A DNA stretch of 64,000 nucleotides from the human T2T-CHM13v2.0 reference genome, Homo sapiens: NCBI RefSeq assembly GCF_009914755.1, contig NC_060942.1, one strand, 5' to 3'. The notes beneath the pieces were generated by a model that worked only from the letters and a program-made list of their open reading frames with translations, was not told where the DNA came from and did not search any database. Below, piece by piece: positions 1 through 11,597 of the stretch; position 1 is the first letter of the stretch; each line of letters opens with the position of its first letter. Both the position numbers and the translations under genes were made by a program.

Positions 1-79
1 GGAAGTGGACATTTGGAGCGCTTTCAGGCCTACGTTGGAAAAGGAAATATCTTCCCATAACAACTAGACAGAAGCATTC

Positions 80-97
80 TCAGAAACTAGTTTCTGA
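80..97. repeat. 18-bp perfect palindrome at the start of m1 (contains SpeI site), one per unit
   Basis: tcagaaactagtttctga equals its own reverse complement. Confidence 0.95.
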
Positions 98-200
98 TGT
101 GTGTCCTCAACTAACACAGTTGAACATTTCTTTAGACAGAACAGTTTTGAAACACTCTTTTTGTGGAATCTGCAAGTGGCTATTTGGCTAGATTTGAGGA

Positions 201-217
201 TTTCGTTGGAAACGGGA
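201..217 (+). other. CENP-B box, monomer m1 (representative; recurs each HOR)
   Basis: tttcgttggaaacggga matches YTTCGTTGGAARCGGGA. Confidence 0.97.
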
Positions 218-538
218 TTACATATAAAAAGCAGACAGCAGCATTCTCAGAAAGTTCTTTGTGATGATTGCATTCAAGTCACAGAATTGAACATTCCCTT
301 TCACAGAGCAGGTTTGAAACACTCTTTTTGTAGTGTGTGTAAGTGGACATTTGGAGCACTTTCCGGCCTAAGGTGAAAAAGGGAATATCTTCCCATAAAA
401 ACTAGACAGAAGCATTCTCAGAAACTTACTCGTGATGTGTGTCCTCAACTAAAGGAGTAGAACCTTTGTTTTCATAGAGAAGTTTTGAAACGCTCTTTTT
501 GTGGAATCTGCAAGTGGATATTTGGCTAGTTTGGAGGA

Positions 539-555
539 TTTCGTTGGAAGCGGGA
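539..555 (+). other. CENP-B box, monomer m3 (overlaps EcoRI site at 554)
   Basis: tttcgttggaagcggga, canonical. Confidence 0.97.
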
Positions 556-876
556 ATTCATACAAATTGCAGACTGCAGCGTTCTGAGAAACATCTTTGT
601 GATGTTTGTATTCAGGACACAGAGTTGAACATTCCCTATCATAGAGCAGGTTTGAATCATTCCTTTTGTAGTATCTGGAAGTGGACATTTGGAGCGCTTT
701 CAGGCCTATGTTGGAAAAGGAAATATCTTCCCATAACAAGTAGACAGAAGCATTCTCAGAAACTTATTTGAGATGTGTGTACTCAACTAAGAGAATTGAA
801 TCACCGTTTTGAAGGAGCAGTTTTGAAACACTCTTTTTCTGGAATCTGCAAGTGGATATTTGGCTAGCTTTGGGGA

Positions 877-893
877 TTTCGCTGGAAGCGGGA
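877..893 (+). other. CENP-B box variant, monomer m5
   Basis: tttcgctggaagcggga; the 9 core positions (TTCG....A..CGGG) are intact. Confidence 0.9.
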
Positions 894-1213
894 ATACATA
901 TAAAAAGCACACAGCAGCGTTCTGAGAAACTGCTTTCTGATGTTTGCATTCAAGTCAAAAGTTGAACACTCCCTTTCATAGTGCAGTCCTGAAACACTCC
1001 TTTTGTAGTATCTGGAACTGGACTTTTGGAGCGCTTTCAGGGCTAAGGTGAAAAAGGAAATATCTTCCCATAAAAACTGGACAGAAGCATTCTCAGAAAC
1101 TTGTTTAAGCTGTATCTACTCAACTAACAAAGTTGAACCTTTCTTTTGATAGAGCAGTTTTGAAATGCTCTTTTTGTGGAATCTGCAAGTGGATATTTGG
1201 CTAGTTTTGAGGA

Positions 1214-1230
1214 TTTCGTTGGAAGCGGGA
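1214..1230 (+). other. CENP-B box, monomer m7 (overlaps EcoRI site at 1229)
   Basis: tttcgttggaagcggga, canonical. Confidence 0.97.
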
Positions 1231-1551
1231 ATTCATACAAATTTCAGACTGCAGCGTTCTGAGAAACATCTTTGTGATGTTTGTATTCAGGACAGAGAGT
1301 TGAACATTCCGTATCATAGAGCAGGTTGGAATCACTCCTTTTGTAGTATCTGGAAGTGGACATTTGGAGCACTTTCCGGCCTAAGGTGAAAAAGGAAATA
1401 TCTTCCCATAAAAACTAGACAGAAGCATTCTCAGAAACTTACTCGTGATGTGTGTCCTCCACTAAATGAGTAGAACCTTTCTTTTCATAGAGCAGTTTTG
1501 AAACACTCTTTTTGTAGAATCTGCAAGAGGATATTTGCATAGCTTTGAGGA

Positions 1552-1568
1552 TTTCGTGGGAAACGGGA
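1552..1568 (+). other. CENP-B box variant, monomer m9
   Basis: tttcgtgggaaacggga; core positions intact. Confidence 0.9.
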
Positions 1569-1893
1569 TTGTCTTCAGGTAAAATCTAGACAGAAGCATT
1601 CTCAGAAACTTCTTTGGGATGTTTGCATTCAAGTCACAGAGTAGAACATTCCCTTTGGTAGAGCAGGTTTGAAACACTCTTTTTGTAGTATCTGGAAGTG
1701 GACATTTGGAGCGCTTTCAGGCCTATGTTGGAAAGGGAAATATCTTCCCGTAACAACTAGGCAGAAGCATTCTCAGAAACTTATTTGAGATGTGTGTACT
1801 CAACTAAGAGAATTGAATCACCGTTTTGAAGGAGCAGTTTTGAAACACTCTTTTTCTGGAATCTGCAAGAGGATATTTGCCTAGCCTTGAGGA

Positions 1894-1910
1894 TTTCGTT
1901 GGAAACGGGA
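1894..1910 (+). other. CENP-B box, monomer m11
   Basis: tttcgttggaaacggga, canonical. Confidence 0.97.
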
Positions 1911-2109
1911 TTGTCTTCAGATCAAATCTAGACAGAAGCATTCTCAGAAACTTCTTTGGGATGTTTGCATTCAAGTCACAGAGTAGAACATTCCCTTTGG
2001 TAGAGCAGGTTTGAAACACTCTTTTTTTAGTATATGGAAGTGGACATTTGGAGCGCTTTCAGGCCTACGTTGGAAAAGGAAATATCTTCCCATAACAACT
2101 AGACAGAAG

Positions 2110-4144
2110 CATTCTCAGAAACTAGTTTCTGATGTGTGTCCTCAACTAACACAGTTGAACATTTCTTTAGACAGAACAGTTTTGAAACACTCTTTTTGTG
2201 GAATCTGCAAGTGGCTATTTGGCTAGATTTGAGGATTTCGTTGGAAACGGGATTACATATAAAAAGCAGACAGCAGCATTCTCAGAAAGTTCTTTGTGAT
2301 GATTGCATTCAAGTCACAGAATTGAACATTCCCTTTCACAGAGCAGGTTTGAAACACTCTTTTTGTAGTGTGTGTAAGTGGACATTTGGAGCACTTTCCG
2401 GCCTAAGGTGAAAAAGGGAATATCTTCCCATAAAAACTAGACAGAAGCATTCTCAGAAACTTACTCGTGATGTGTGTCCTCAACTAAAGGAGTAGAACCT
2501 TTGTTTTCATAGAGAAGTTTTGAAACGCTCTTTTTGTGGAATCTGCAAGTGGATATTTGGCTAGTTTGGAGGATTTCGTTGGAAGCGGGAATTCATACAA
2601 ATTGCAGACTGCAGCGTTCTGAGAAACATCTTTGTGATGTTTGTATTCAGGACACAGAGTTGAACATTCCCTATCATAGAGCAGGTTTGAATCACTCCTT
2701 TTGTAGTATCTGGAAGTGGACATTTGGAGCGCTTTCAGGCCTATGTTGGAAAAGGAAATATCTTCCCATAACAACTAGACAGAAGCATTCTCAGAAACTT
2801 ATTTGAGATGTGTGTACTCAACTAAGAGAATTGAACCACCGTTTTGAAGGAGCAGTTTTGAAACACTCTTTTTCTGGAATCTGCAAGTGGATATTTGGCT
2901 AGCTTTGGGGATTTCGCTGGAAGCGGGAATACATATAAAAAGCACACAGCAGCGTTCTGAGAAACTGCTTTCTGATGTTTGCATTCAAGTCAAAAGTTGA
3001 ACACTCCCTTTCATAGTGCAGTCCTGAAACACTCCTTTTGTAGTATCTGGAACTGGACTTTTGGAGCGCTTTCAGGGCTAAGGTGAAAAAGGAAATATCT
3101 TCCCATAAAAACTGGACAGAAGCATTCTCAGAAACTTGTTTATGCTGTATCTACTCAACTAACAAAGTTGAACCTTTCTTTTGATAGAGCAGTTTTGAAA
3201 TGCTCTTTTTGTGGAATCTGCAAGTGGATATTTGGCTAGTTTTGAGGATTTCGTTGGAAGCGGGAATTCATACAAATTGCAGACTGCAGCGTTCTGAGAA
3301 ACATCTTTGTGATGTTTGTATTCAGGACAGAGAGTTGAACATTCCCTATCATAGAGCAGGTTGGAATCACTCCTTTTGTAGTATCTGGAAGTGGACATTT
3401 GGAGCGCTTTCAGGCCTATGTTGAAAAAGGAAATATCTTCCCATAACAACTAGACACAAGCATTCTCAGAAACTTGTTTGTGATGTGTGCCCTCTACTGA
3501 CAGAGTTGAACCTTTCTTTTCATAGAGCAGTTTTGAAACACTCTTTTTGTAGAATCTGCAAGAGGATATTTGCATAGCTTTGAGGATTTCGTGGGAAACG
3601 GGATTGTCTTCAGGTAAAATCTAGACAGAAGCATTCTCAGAAACTTCTTTGGGATGTTTGCATTCAAGTCACAGAGTAGAACATTCCCTTTGGTAGAGCA
3701 GGTTTGAAACACTCTTTTTGTAGTATCTGGAAGTGGACATTTGGAGCGCTTTCAGGCCTATGTTGGAAAGGGAAATATCTTCCCGTAACAACTAGGCAGA
3801 AGCATTCTCAGAAACTTATTTGAGATGTGTGTACTCAACTAAGAGAATTGAACCACCGTTTTGAAGGAGCAGTTTTGAAACACTCTTTTTCTGGAATCTG
3901 CAAGAGGATATTTGCCTAGCCTTGAGGATTTCGTTGGAAACGGGATTGTCTTCAGATCAAATCTAGACAGAAGCATTCTCAGAAACTTCTTTGGGATGTT
4001 TGCATTCAAGTCACAGAGTAGAACATTCCCTTTGGTAGAGCAGGTTTGAAACACTCTTTTTTTAGTATATGGAAGTGGACATTTGGAGCGCTTTCAGGCC
4101 TACGTTGGAAAAGGAAATATCTTCCCATAACAACTAGACAGAAG
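2110..4144 (+). repeat. Representative canonical 12-mer HOR unit (2035 bp); 25 full 12-mers in the window
   Basis: Monomer starts measured in the first unit: 75, 242, 413, 580, 751, 918, 1088, 1255, 1426, 1597, 1768, 1939, next unit 2110. Lengths 167,171,167,171,167,170,167,171,171,171,171,171 sum to 2035. Units of 2034/2033 bp are explained by 1-bp deletions in m3, m6 or m11. Confidence 0.96.
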
Positions 4145-4437
4145 CATTCTCAGAAACTAGTTTCTGATGTGTGTCCTCAACTAACACAGTTGAACATTTC
4201 TTTAGACAGAACAGTTTTGAAACTCTCTTTTTGTGGAATCTGCAAGTGGCTATTTGGCTTGATTTGAGGATTTCGTTGGAAACGGGATTACATATAAAAA
4301 GCAGACAGCAGCATTCTCAGAACGTTCTTTGTGATGATTGCATTCAAGTCACAGAATTGAACATTCCCTTTCACAGAGCAGGTTTGAAACACTCTTTTTA
4401 TAGTGTGTGTAAGTGGACATTTGGAGCACTTTCCGGC

Positions 4438-4454
4438 CTAAGGTGAAAAAGGAA
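4438..4454 (+). other. pJ-alpha-type (A-box) motif in an even monomer (m2 shown; related sequence in m4, m6, m8, m10, m12)
   Basis: ctaaggtgaaaaaggaa occupies the position homologous to the CENP-B box and resembles the A-type consensus CTAYGGTGRAAAAGGAA. Confidence 0.75.
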
Positions 4455-7400
4455 ATATCTTCCCATAAAAACTAGACAGAAGCATTCTCAGAAACTTACT
4501 CGTGATGTGTGTCCTCAACTAAAGGAGTAGAACCTTTGTTTTCATAGAGAAGTTTTGAAACGCTCTTTTTGTGGAATCTGCAAGTGGATATTTGGCTAGT
4601 TTGGAGGATTTCGTTGGAAGCGGGAATTCATACAAATTGCAGACTGCAGCGTTCTGAGAAACATCTTTGTGATGTTTGTATTCAGGACACAGAGTTGAAC
4701 ATTCCCTATCATAGAGCAGGTTTGAATCACTCCTTTTGTAGTATCTGGAAGTGGACATTTGGAGCGCTTTCAGGCCTATGTTGGAAAAGGAAATATCTTC
4801 CCATAACAACTAGACAGAAGCATTCTCAGAAACTTATTTGAGATGTGTGTACTCAACTAAGAGAATTGAACCACCGTTTTGAAGGAGCAGTTTTGAAACA
4901 CTCTTTTTCTGGAATCTGCAAGTGGATATTTGGCTAGCTTTGGGGATTTCGCTGGAAGCGGGAATACATATAAAAAGCACACAGCAGCGTTCTGAGAAAC
5001 TGCTTTCTGATGTTTGCATTCAAATCAAAAGTTGAACACTCCCTTTCATAGAGCAGTCCTGAAACACTCCTTTTGTAGTATCTGGAACTGGACTTTTGGA
5101 GCGCTTTCAGGGCTAAGGTGAAAAAGGAAATATCTTCCCATAAAAACTGGACAGAAGCATTCTCAGAAACTTGTTTATGCTGTATCTACTCAACTAACAA
5201 AGTTGAACCTTTCTTTTGATAGAGCAGTTTTGAAATGCTCTTTTTGTGGAATCTGCAAGTGGATATTTGGCTAGTTTTGAGGATTTCGTTGGAAGCGGGA
5301 ATTCATACAAATTTCAGACTGCAGCGTTCTGAGAAACATCTTTGTGATGTTTGTATTCAGGACAGAGAGTTGAACATTCCCTATCATAGAGCAGGTTGGA
5401 ATCACTCCTTTTGTAGTATCTGGAAGTGGACATTTGGAGCGCTTTCTGGCCTATGTTGAAAAAGGAAATATCTTCCCATAACAACTAGACACAAGCATTC
5501 TCAGAAACTTGTTTGTGATGTGTGCCCTCTACTGACAGAGTTGAACCTTTCTTTTCATAGAGCAGTTTTGAAACACTCTTTTTGTAGAATCTGCAAGAGG
5601 ATATTTGCATAGCTTTGAGGATTTCGTGGGAAACGGGATTGTCTTCAGGTAAAATCTAGACAGAAGCATTCTCAGAAACTTCTTTGGGATGTTTGCATTC
5701 AAGTCACAGAGTAGAACATTCCCTTTGGTAGAGCAGGTTTGAAACACTCTTTTTGTAGTATCTGGAAGTGGACATTTGGAGCGCTTTCAGGCCTATGTTG
5801 GAAAGGGAAATATCTTCCGGTAACAACTAGGCAGAAGCATTCTAAGAAACTTATTTGAGATGTGTGTACTCAACTAAGAGAATTGAACCACCGTTTTGAA
5901 GGAGCAGTTTTGAAACACTCTTTTTCTGGAATCTGCAAGAGGATATTTGCCTAGCTTTGAGGATTTCGTTGGAAACGGGATTGTGTTCAGATCAAATCTA
6001 GACAGAAGCATTCTCAGAAACTTCTTTGGGATGTTTGCATTCAAGTCACAGAGTAGAACATTCCCTTTGGTAGAGCAGGTGTGAAACACTCTTTTTTTAG
6101 TATATGGAAGTGGACATTTGGAGCGCTTTCAGGCCTACGTTGGAAAAGGAAATATCTTCCCATAACAACTAGACAGAAGCATTCTCAGAAACTAGTTTCT
6201 GATGTGTGTCCTCAACTAACACAGTTGAACATTTCTTTAGACAGAACAGTTTTGAAACTCTCTTTTTGTGGAATCTGCAAGTGGCTATTTGGCTAGATTT
6301 GAGGATTTCGTTGGAAACGGGATTACATATAAAAAGCAGACAGCAGCATTCTCAGAAAGTTCTTTGTGATGATTGCATTCAAGTCACAGAATTGAACATT
6401 CCCTTTCACAGAGCAGGTTTGAAACACTCTTTTTGTAGTGTGTGTAAGTGGACATTTGGAGCACTTTCCGGCCTAAGGTGAGAAAGGAAATATCTTCCCA
6501 TAAAAACTAGACAGAAGCATTCTCAGAAACTTACTCGTGATGTGTGTCCTCAACTAAAGGAGTAGAACCTTTCTTTCATAGAGAAGTTTTGAAACGCTCT
6601 TTTTGTGGAATCTGCAAGTGGATATTTGGCTAGTTTGGAGGATTTCGTTGGAAGCGGGAATTCATACAAATTGCAGACTGCAGCGTTCTGAGAAACATCT
6701 TTGTGATGTTTGTATTCAGGACACAGAGTTGAACATTCCCTATCATAGAGCAGGTTGGAATCACTCCTTTTGTAGTATCTGGAAGTGGACATTTGGAGCG
6801 CTTTCAGGCCTATGTTGGAAAAGGAAATATCTTCCCATAACAACTAGACAGAAGCATTCTCAGAAACTTATTTGAGATGTGTGTACTCAACTAAGAGAAT
6901 TGAACCACCGTTTTGAAGGAGCAGTTTTGAAACACTCTTTTTCTGGAATCTGCAAGTGGATATTTGGCTAGCTTTGGGGATTTCGCTGGAAGCGGGAATA
7001 CATATAAAAAGCACACAGCAGCGTTCTGAGAAACTGCTTTCTGATGTTTGCATTCAAATCAAAAGTTGAACACTCCCTTTCATAGAGCAGTCCTGAAACA
7101 CTCCTTTTGTAGTATCTGGAACTGGACTTTTGGAGCGCTTTCAGGGCTAAGGTGAAAAAGGAAATATCTTCCCATAAAAACTGGACAGAAGCATTCTCAG
7201 AAACTTGTTTATGCTGTATCTACTCAACTAACAAAGTTGAACCTTTCTTTTGATAGAGCAGTTTTGAAATGCTCTTTTTGTGGAATCTGCAAGTGGATAT
7301 TTGGCTAGTTTTGAGGATTTCGTTGGAAGCGGGAATTCATACAAATTTCAGACTGCAGCGTTCTGAGAAACATCTTTGTGATGTTTGTATTCAGGACAGA

Positions 7401-8213
7401 GAGTTGAACATTCCCTATCATAGAGCAGGTTGGAATCACTCCTTTTGTAGTATCTGGAAGTGGACATTTGGAGCGCTTTCTGGCCTATGTTGAAAAAGGA
7501 AATATCTTCCCATAACAACTAGACACAAGCATTCTCAGAAACTTGTTTGTGATGTGTGCCCTCTACTGACAGAGTTGAACCTTTCTTTTCATAGAGCAGT
7601 TTTGAAACACTCTTTTTGTAGAATCTGCAAGAGGATATTTGCATAGCTTTGAGGATTTCGTGGGAAACGGGATTGTCTTCAGGTAAAATCTAGACAGAAG
7701 CATTCTCAGAAACTTCTTTGGGATGTTTGCATTCAAGTCACAGAGTAGAACATTCCCTTTGGTAGAGCAGGTTTGAAACACTCTTTTTGTAGTATCTGGA
7801 AGTGGACATTTGGAGCGCTTTCAGGCCTATGTTGGAAAGGGAAATATCTTCCGGTAACAACTAGGCAGAAGCATTCTCAGAAACTTATTTGAGATGTGTG
7901 TACTCAACTAAGAGAATTGAACCACCGTTTTGAAGGAGCAGTTTTGAAACACTCTTTTTCTGGAATCTGCAAGAGGATATTTGCCTAGCTTTGAGGATTT
8001 CGTTGGAAACGGGATTGTGTTCAGATCAAATCTAGACAGAAGCATTCTCAGAAACTTCTTTGGGATGTTTGCATTCAAGTCACAGAGTAGAACATTCCCT
8101 TTGGTAGAGCAGGTGTGAAACACTCTTTTTTTAGTATATGGAAGTGGACATTTGGAGCGCTTTCAGGCCTACGTTGGAAAAGGAAATATCTTCCCATAAC
8201 AACTAGACAGAAG

Positions 8214-8888
8214 CATTCTCAGAAACTAGTTTCTGATGTGTGTCCTCAACTAACACAGTTGAACATTTCTTTAGACAGAACAGTTTTGAAACTCTCTTTT
8301 TGTGGAATCTGCAAGTGGCTATTTGGCTAGATTTGAGGATTTCGTTGGAAACGGGATTACATATAAAAAGCAGACAGCAGCATTCTCAGAAAGTTCTTTG
8401 TGATGATTGCATTCAAGTCACAGAATTGAACATTCCCTTTCACAGAGCAGGTTTGAAACACTCTTTTTGTAGTGTGTGTAAGTGGACATTTGGAGCACTT
8501 TCCGGCCTAAGGTGAGAAAGGAAATATCTTCCCATAAAAACTAGACAGAAGCATTCTCAGAAACTTACTCGTGATGTGTGTCCTCAACTAAAGGAGTAGA
8601 ACCTTTCTTTCATAGAGAAGTTTTGAAACGCTCTTTTTGTGGAATCTGCAAGTGGATATTTGGCTAGTTTGGAGGATTTCGTTGGAAGCGGGAATTCATA
8701 CAAATTGCAGACTGCAGCGTTCTGAGAAACATCTTTGTGATGTTTGTATTCAGGACACAGAGTTGAACATTCCCTATCATAGAGCAGGTTGGAATCACTC
8801 CTTTTGTAGTATCTGGAAGTGGACATTTGGAGCGCTTTCAGGCCTATGTTGGAAAAGGAAATATCTTCCCATAACAACTAGACAGAAG
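8214..8888 (+). repeat. 4-mer HOR variant (m1-m4, 675 bp), copy 1
   Basis: m1 start recurs after 675 bp (ORF 8240 to 8915); m4 is followed directly by m1. Confidence 0.94.
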
Positions 8889-10922
8889 CATTCTCAGAAA
8901 CTAGTTTCTGATGTGTGTCCTCAACTAACACAGTTGAACATTTCTTTAGACAGAACAGTTTTGAAACTCTCTTTTTGTGGAATCTGCAAGTGGCTATTTG
9001 GCTAGATTTGAGGATTTCGTTGGAAACGGGATTACATATAAAAAGCAGACAGCAGCATTCTCAGAAAGTTCTTTGTGATGATTGCATTCAAGTCACAGAA
9101 TTGAACATTCCCTTTCACAGAGCAGTTTTGAAACACTCTTTTTATAGTGTGTGTAAGTGGACATTTGGAGCACTTTCCGGCCTAAGGTGAAAAAGGAAAT
9201 ATCTTCCCATAAAAACTAGACAGAAGCATTCTCAGAAACTTACTCGTGATGTGTGTCCTCAACTAAAGGAGTAGAACCTTTCTTTTCATAGAGAAGTTTT
9301 GAAACGCTCTTTTTGTGGAATCTGCAAGTGGATATTTGGCTAGTTTGGAGGATTTCGTTGGAAGCGGGAATTCATACAAATTGCAGACTGCAGCGTTCTG
9401 AGAAACATCTTTGTGATGTTTGTATTCAGGACACAGAGTTGAACATTCCCTATCATAGAGCAGGTTTGAATCACTCCTTTTGTAGTATCTGGAAGTGGAC
9501 ATTTGGAGCGCTTTCAGGCCTATGTTGGAAAAGGAAATATCTTCCCATAACAACTAGACAGAAGCATTCTCAGAAACTTATTTGAGATGTGTGTACTCAA
9601 CTAAGAGAATTGAACCACCGTTTTGAAGGAGCAGTTTTGAAACACTCTTTTTCTGGAATCTGCAAGTGGATATTTGGCTAGCTTTGGGGATTTCGCTGGA
9701 AGCGGGAATACATATAAAAAGCACACAGCAGCGTTCTGAGAAACTGCTTTCTGATGTTTGCATTCAAGTCAAAAGTTGAACACTCCCTTTCATAGTGCAG
9801 TCTGAAACACTCCTTTTGTAGTATCTGGAACTGGACTTTTGGAGCGCTTTCAGGGCTAAGGTGAAAAAGGAAATATCTTCCCATAAAAACTGGACAGAAG
9901 CATTCTCAGAAACTTGTTTATGCTGTATCTACTCAACTAACAAAGTTGAACCTTTCTTTTGATAGAGCAGTTTTGAAATGCTCTTTTTGTGGAATCTGCA
10001 AGTGGATATTTGGCTAGTTTTGAGGATTTCGTTGGAAGCGGGAATTCATACAAATTGCAGACTGCAGCGTTCTGAGAAACATCTTTGTGATGTTTGTATT
10101 CAGGACAGAGAGTTGAACATTCCCTATCATAGAGCAGGTTGGAATCACTCCTTTTGTAGTATCTGGAAGTGGACATTTGGAGCGCTTTCAGGCCTATGTT
10201 GAAAAAGGAAATATCTTCCCATAACAACTAGACACAAGCATTCTCAGAAACTTGTTTGTGATGTGTGCCCTCTACTGACAGAGTTGAACCTTTCTTTTCA
10301 TAGAGCAGTTTTGAAACACTCTTTTTGTAGAATCTGCAAGAGGATATTTGCATAGCTTTGAGGATTTCGTGGGAAACGGGATTGTCTTCAGGTAAAATCT
10401 AGACAGAAGCATTCTCAGAAACTTCTTTGGGATGTTTGCATTCAAGTCACAGAGTAGAACATTCCCTTTGGTAGAGCAGGTTTGAAACACTCTTTTTGTA
10501 GTATCTGGAAGTGGACATTTGGAGCGCTTTCAGGCCTATGTTGGAAAGGGAAATATCTTCCGGTAACAACTAGGCAGAAGCATTCTAAGAAACTTATTTG
10601 AGATGTGTGTACTCAACTAAGAGAATTGAACCACCGTTTTGAAGGAGCAGTTTTGAAACACTCTTTTTCTGGAATCTGCAAGAGGATATTTGCCTAGCTT
10701 TGAGGATTTCGTTGGAAACGGGATTGTGTTCAGATCAAATCTAGACAGAAGCATTCTCAGAAACTTCTTTGGGATGTTTGCATTCAAGTCACAGAGTAGA
10801 ACATTCCCTTTGGTAGAGCAGGTGTGAAACACTCTTTTTTTAGTATATGGAAGTGGACATTTGGAGCGCTTTCAGGCCTACGTTGGAAAAGGAAATATCT
10901 TCCCATAACAACTAGACAGAAG

Positions 10923-11597
10923 CATTCTCAGAAACTAGTTTCTGATGTGTGTCCTCAACTAACACAGTTGAACATTTCTTTAGACAGAACAGTTTTGAAA
11001 CTCTCTTTTTGTGGAATCTGCAAGTGGCTATTTGGCTAGATTTGAGGATTTCGTTGGAAACGGGATTACATATAAAAAGCAGACAGCAGCATTCTCAGAA
11101 AGTTCTTTGTGATGATTGCATTCAAGTCACAGAATTGAACATTCCCTTTCACAGAGCAGGTTTGAAACACTCTTTTTGTAGTGTGTGTAAGTGGACATTT
11201 GGAGCACTTTCCGGCCTAAGGTGAGAAAGGAAATATCTTCCCATAAAAACTAGACAGAAGCATTCTCAGAAACTTACTCGTGATGTGTGTCCTCAACTAA
11301 AGGAGTAGAACCTTTCTTTCATAGAGAAGTTTTGAAACGCTCTTTTTGTGGAATCTGCAAGTGGATATTTGGCTAGTTTGGAGGATTTCGTTGGAAGCGG
11401 GAATTCATACAAATTGCAGACTGCAGCGTTCTGAGAAACATCTTTGTGATGTTTGTATTCAGGACACAGAGTTGAACATTCCCTATCATAGAGCAGGTTG
11501 GAATCACTCCTTTTGTAGTATCTGGAAGTGGACATTTGGAGCGCTTTCAGGCCTATGTTGGAAAAGGAAATATCTTCCCATAACAACTAGACAGAAG
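10923..11597 (+). repeat. 4-mer HOR variant, copy 2
   Basis: ORF 10949 to 11624, 675 bp. Confidence 0.94.

Noticed and set aside
77-85. TTCTCAGAA resembling a STAT/GAS (TTCnnnGAA) site in most monomers
   Set aside because: It is part of the general alpha-satellite consensus; a short motif match gives no evidence of regulatory function.
8637-9005. Longer 122-aa and 110-aa ORFs (also 11346, 16089, 20834, 27611, 30321, 59769, 62487)
   Set aside because: They are in-frame fusions created by the 4-mer and 10-mer junctions; useful as junction markers, not genes.
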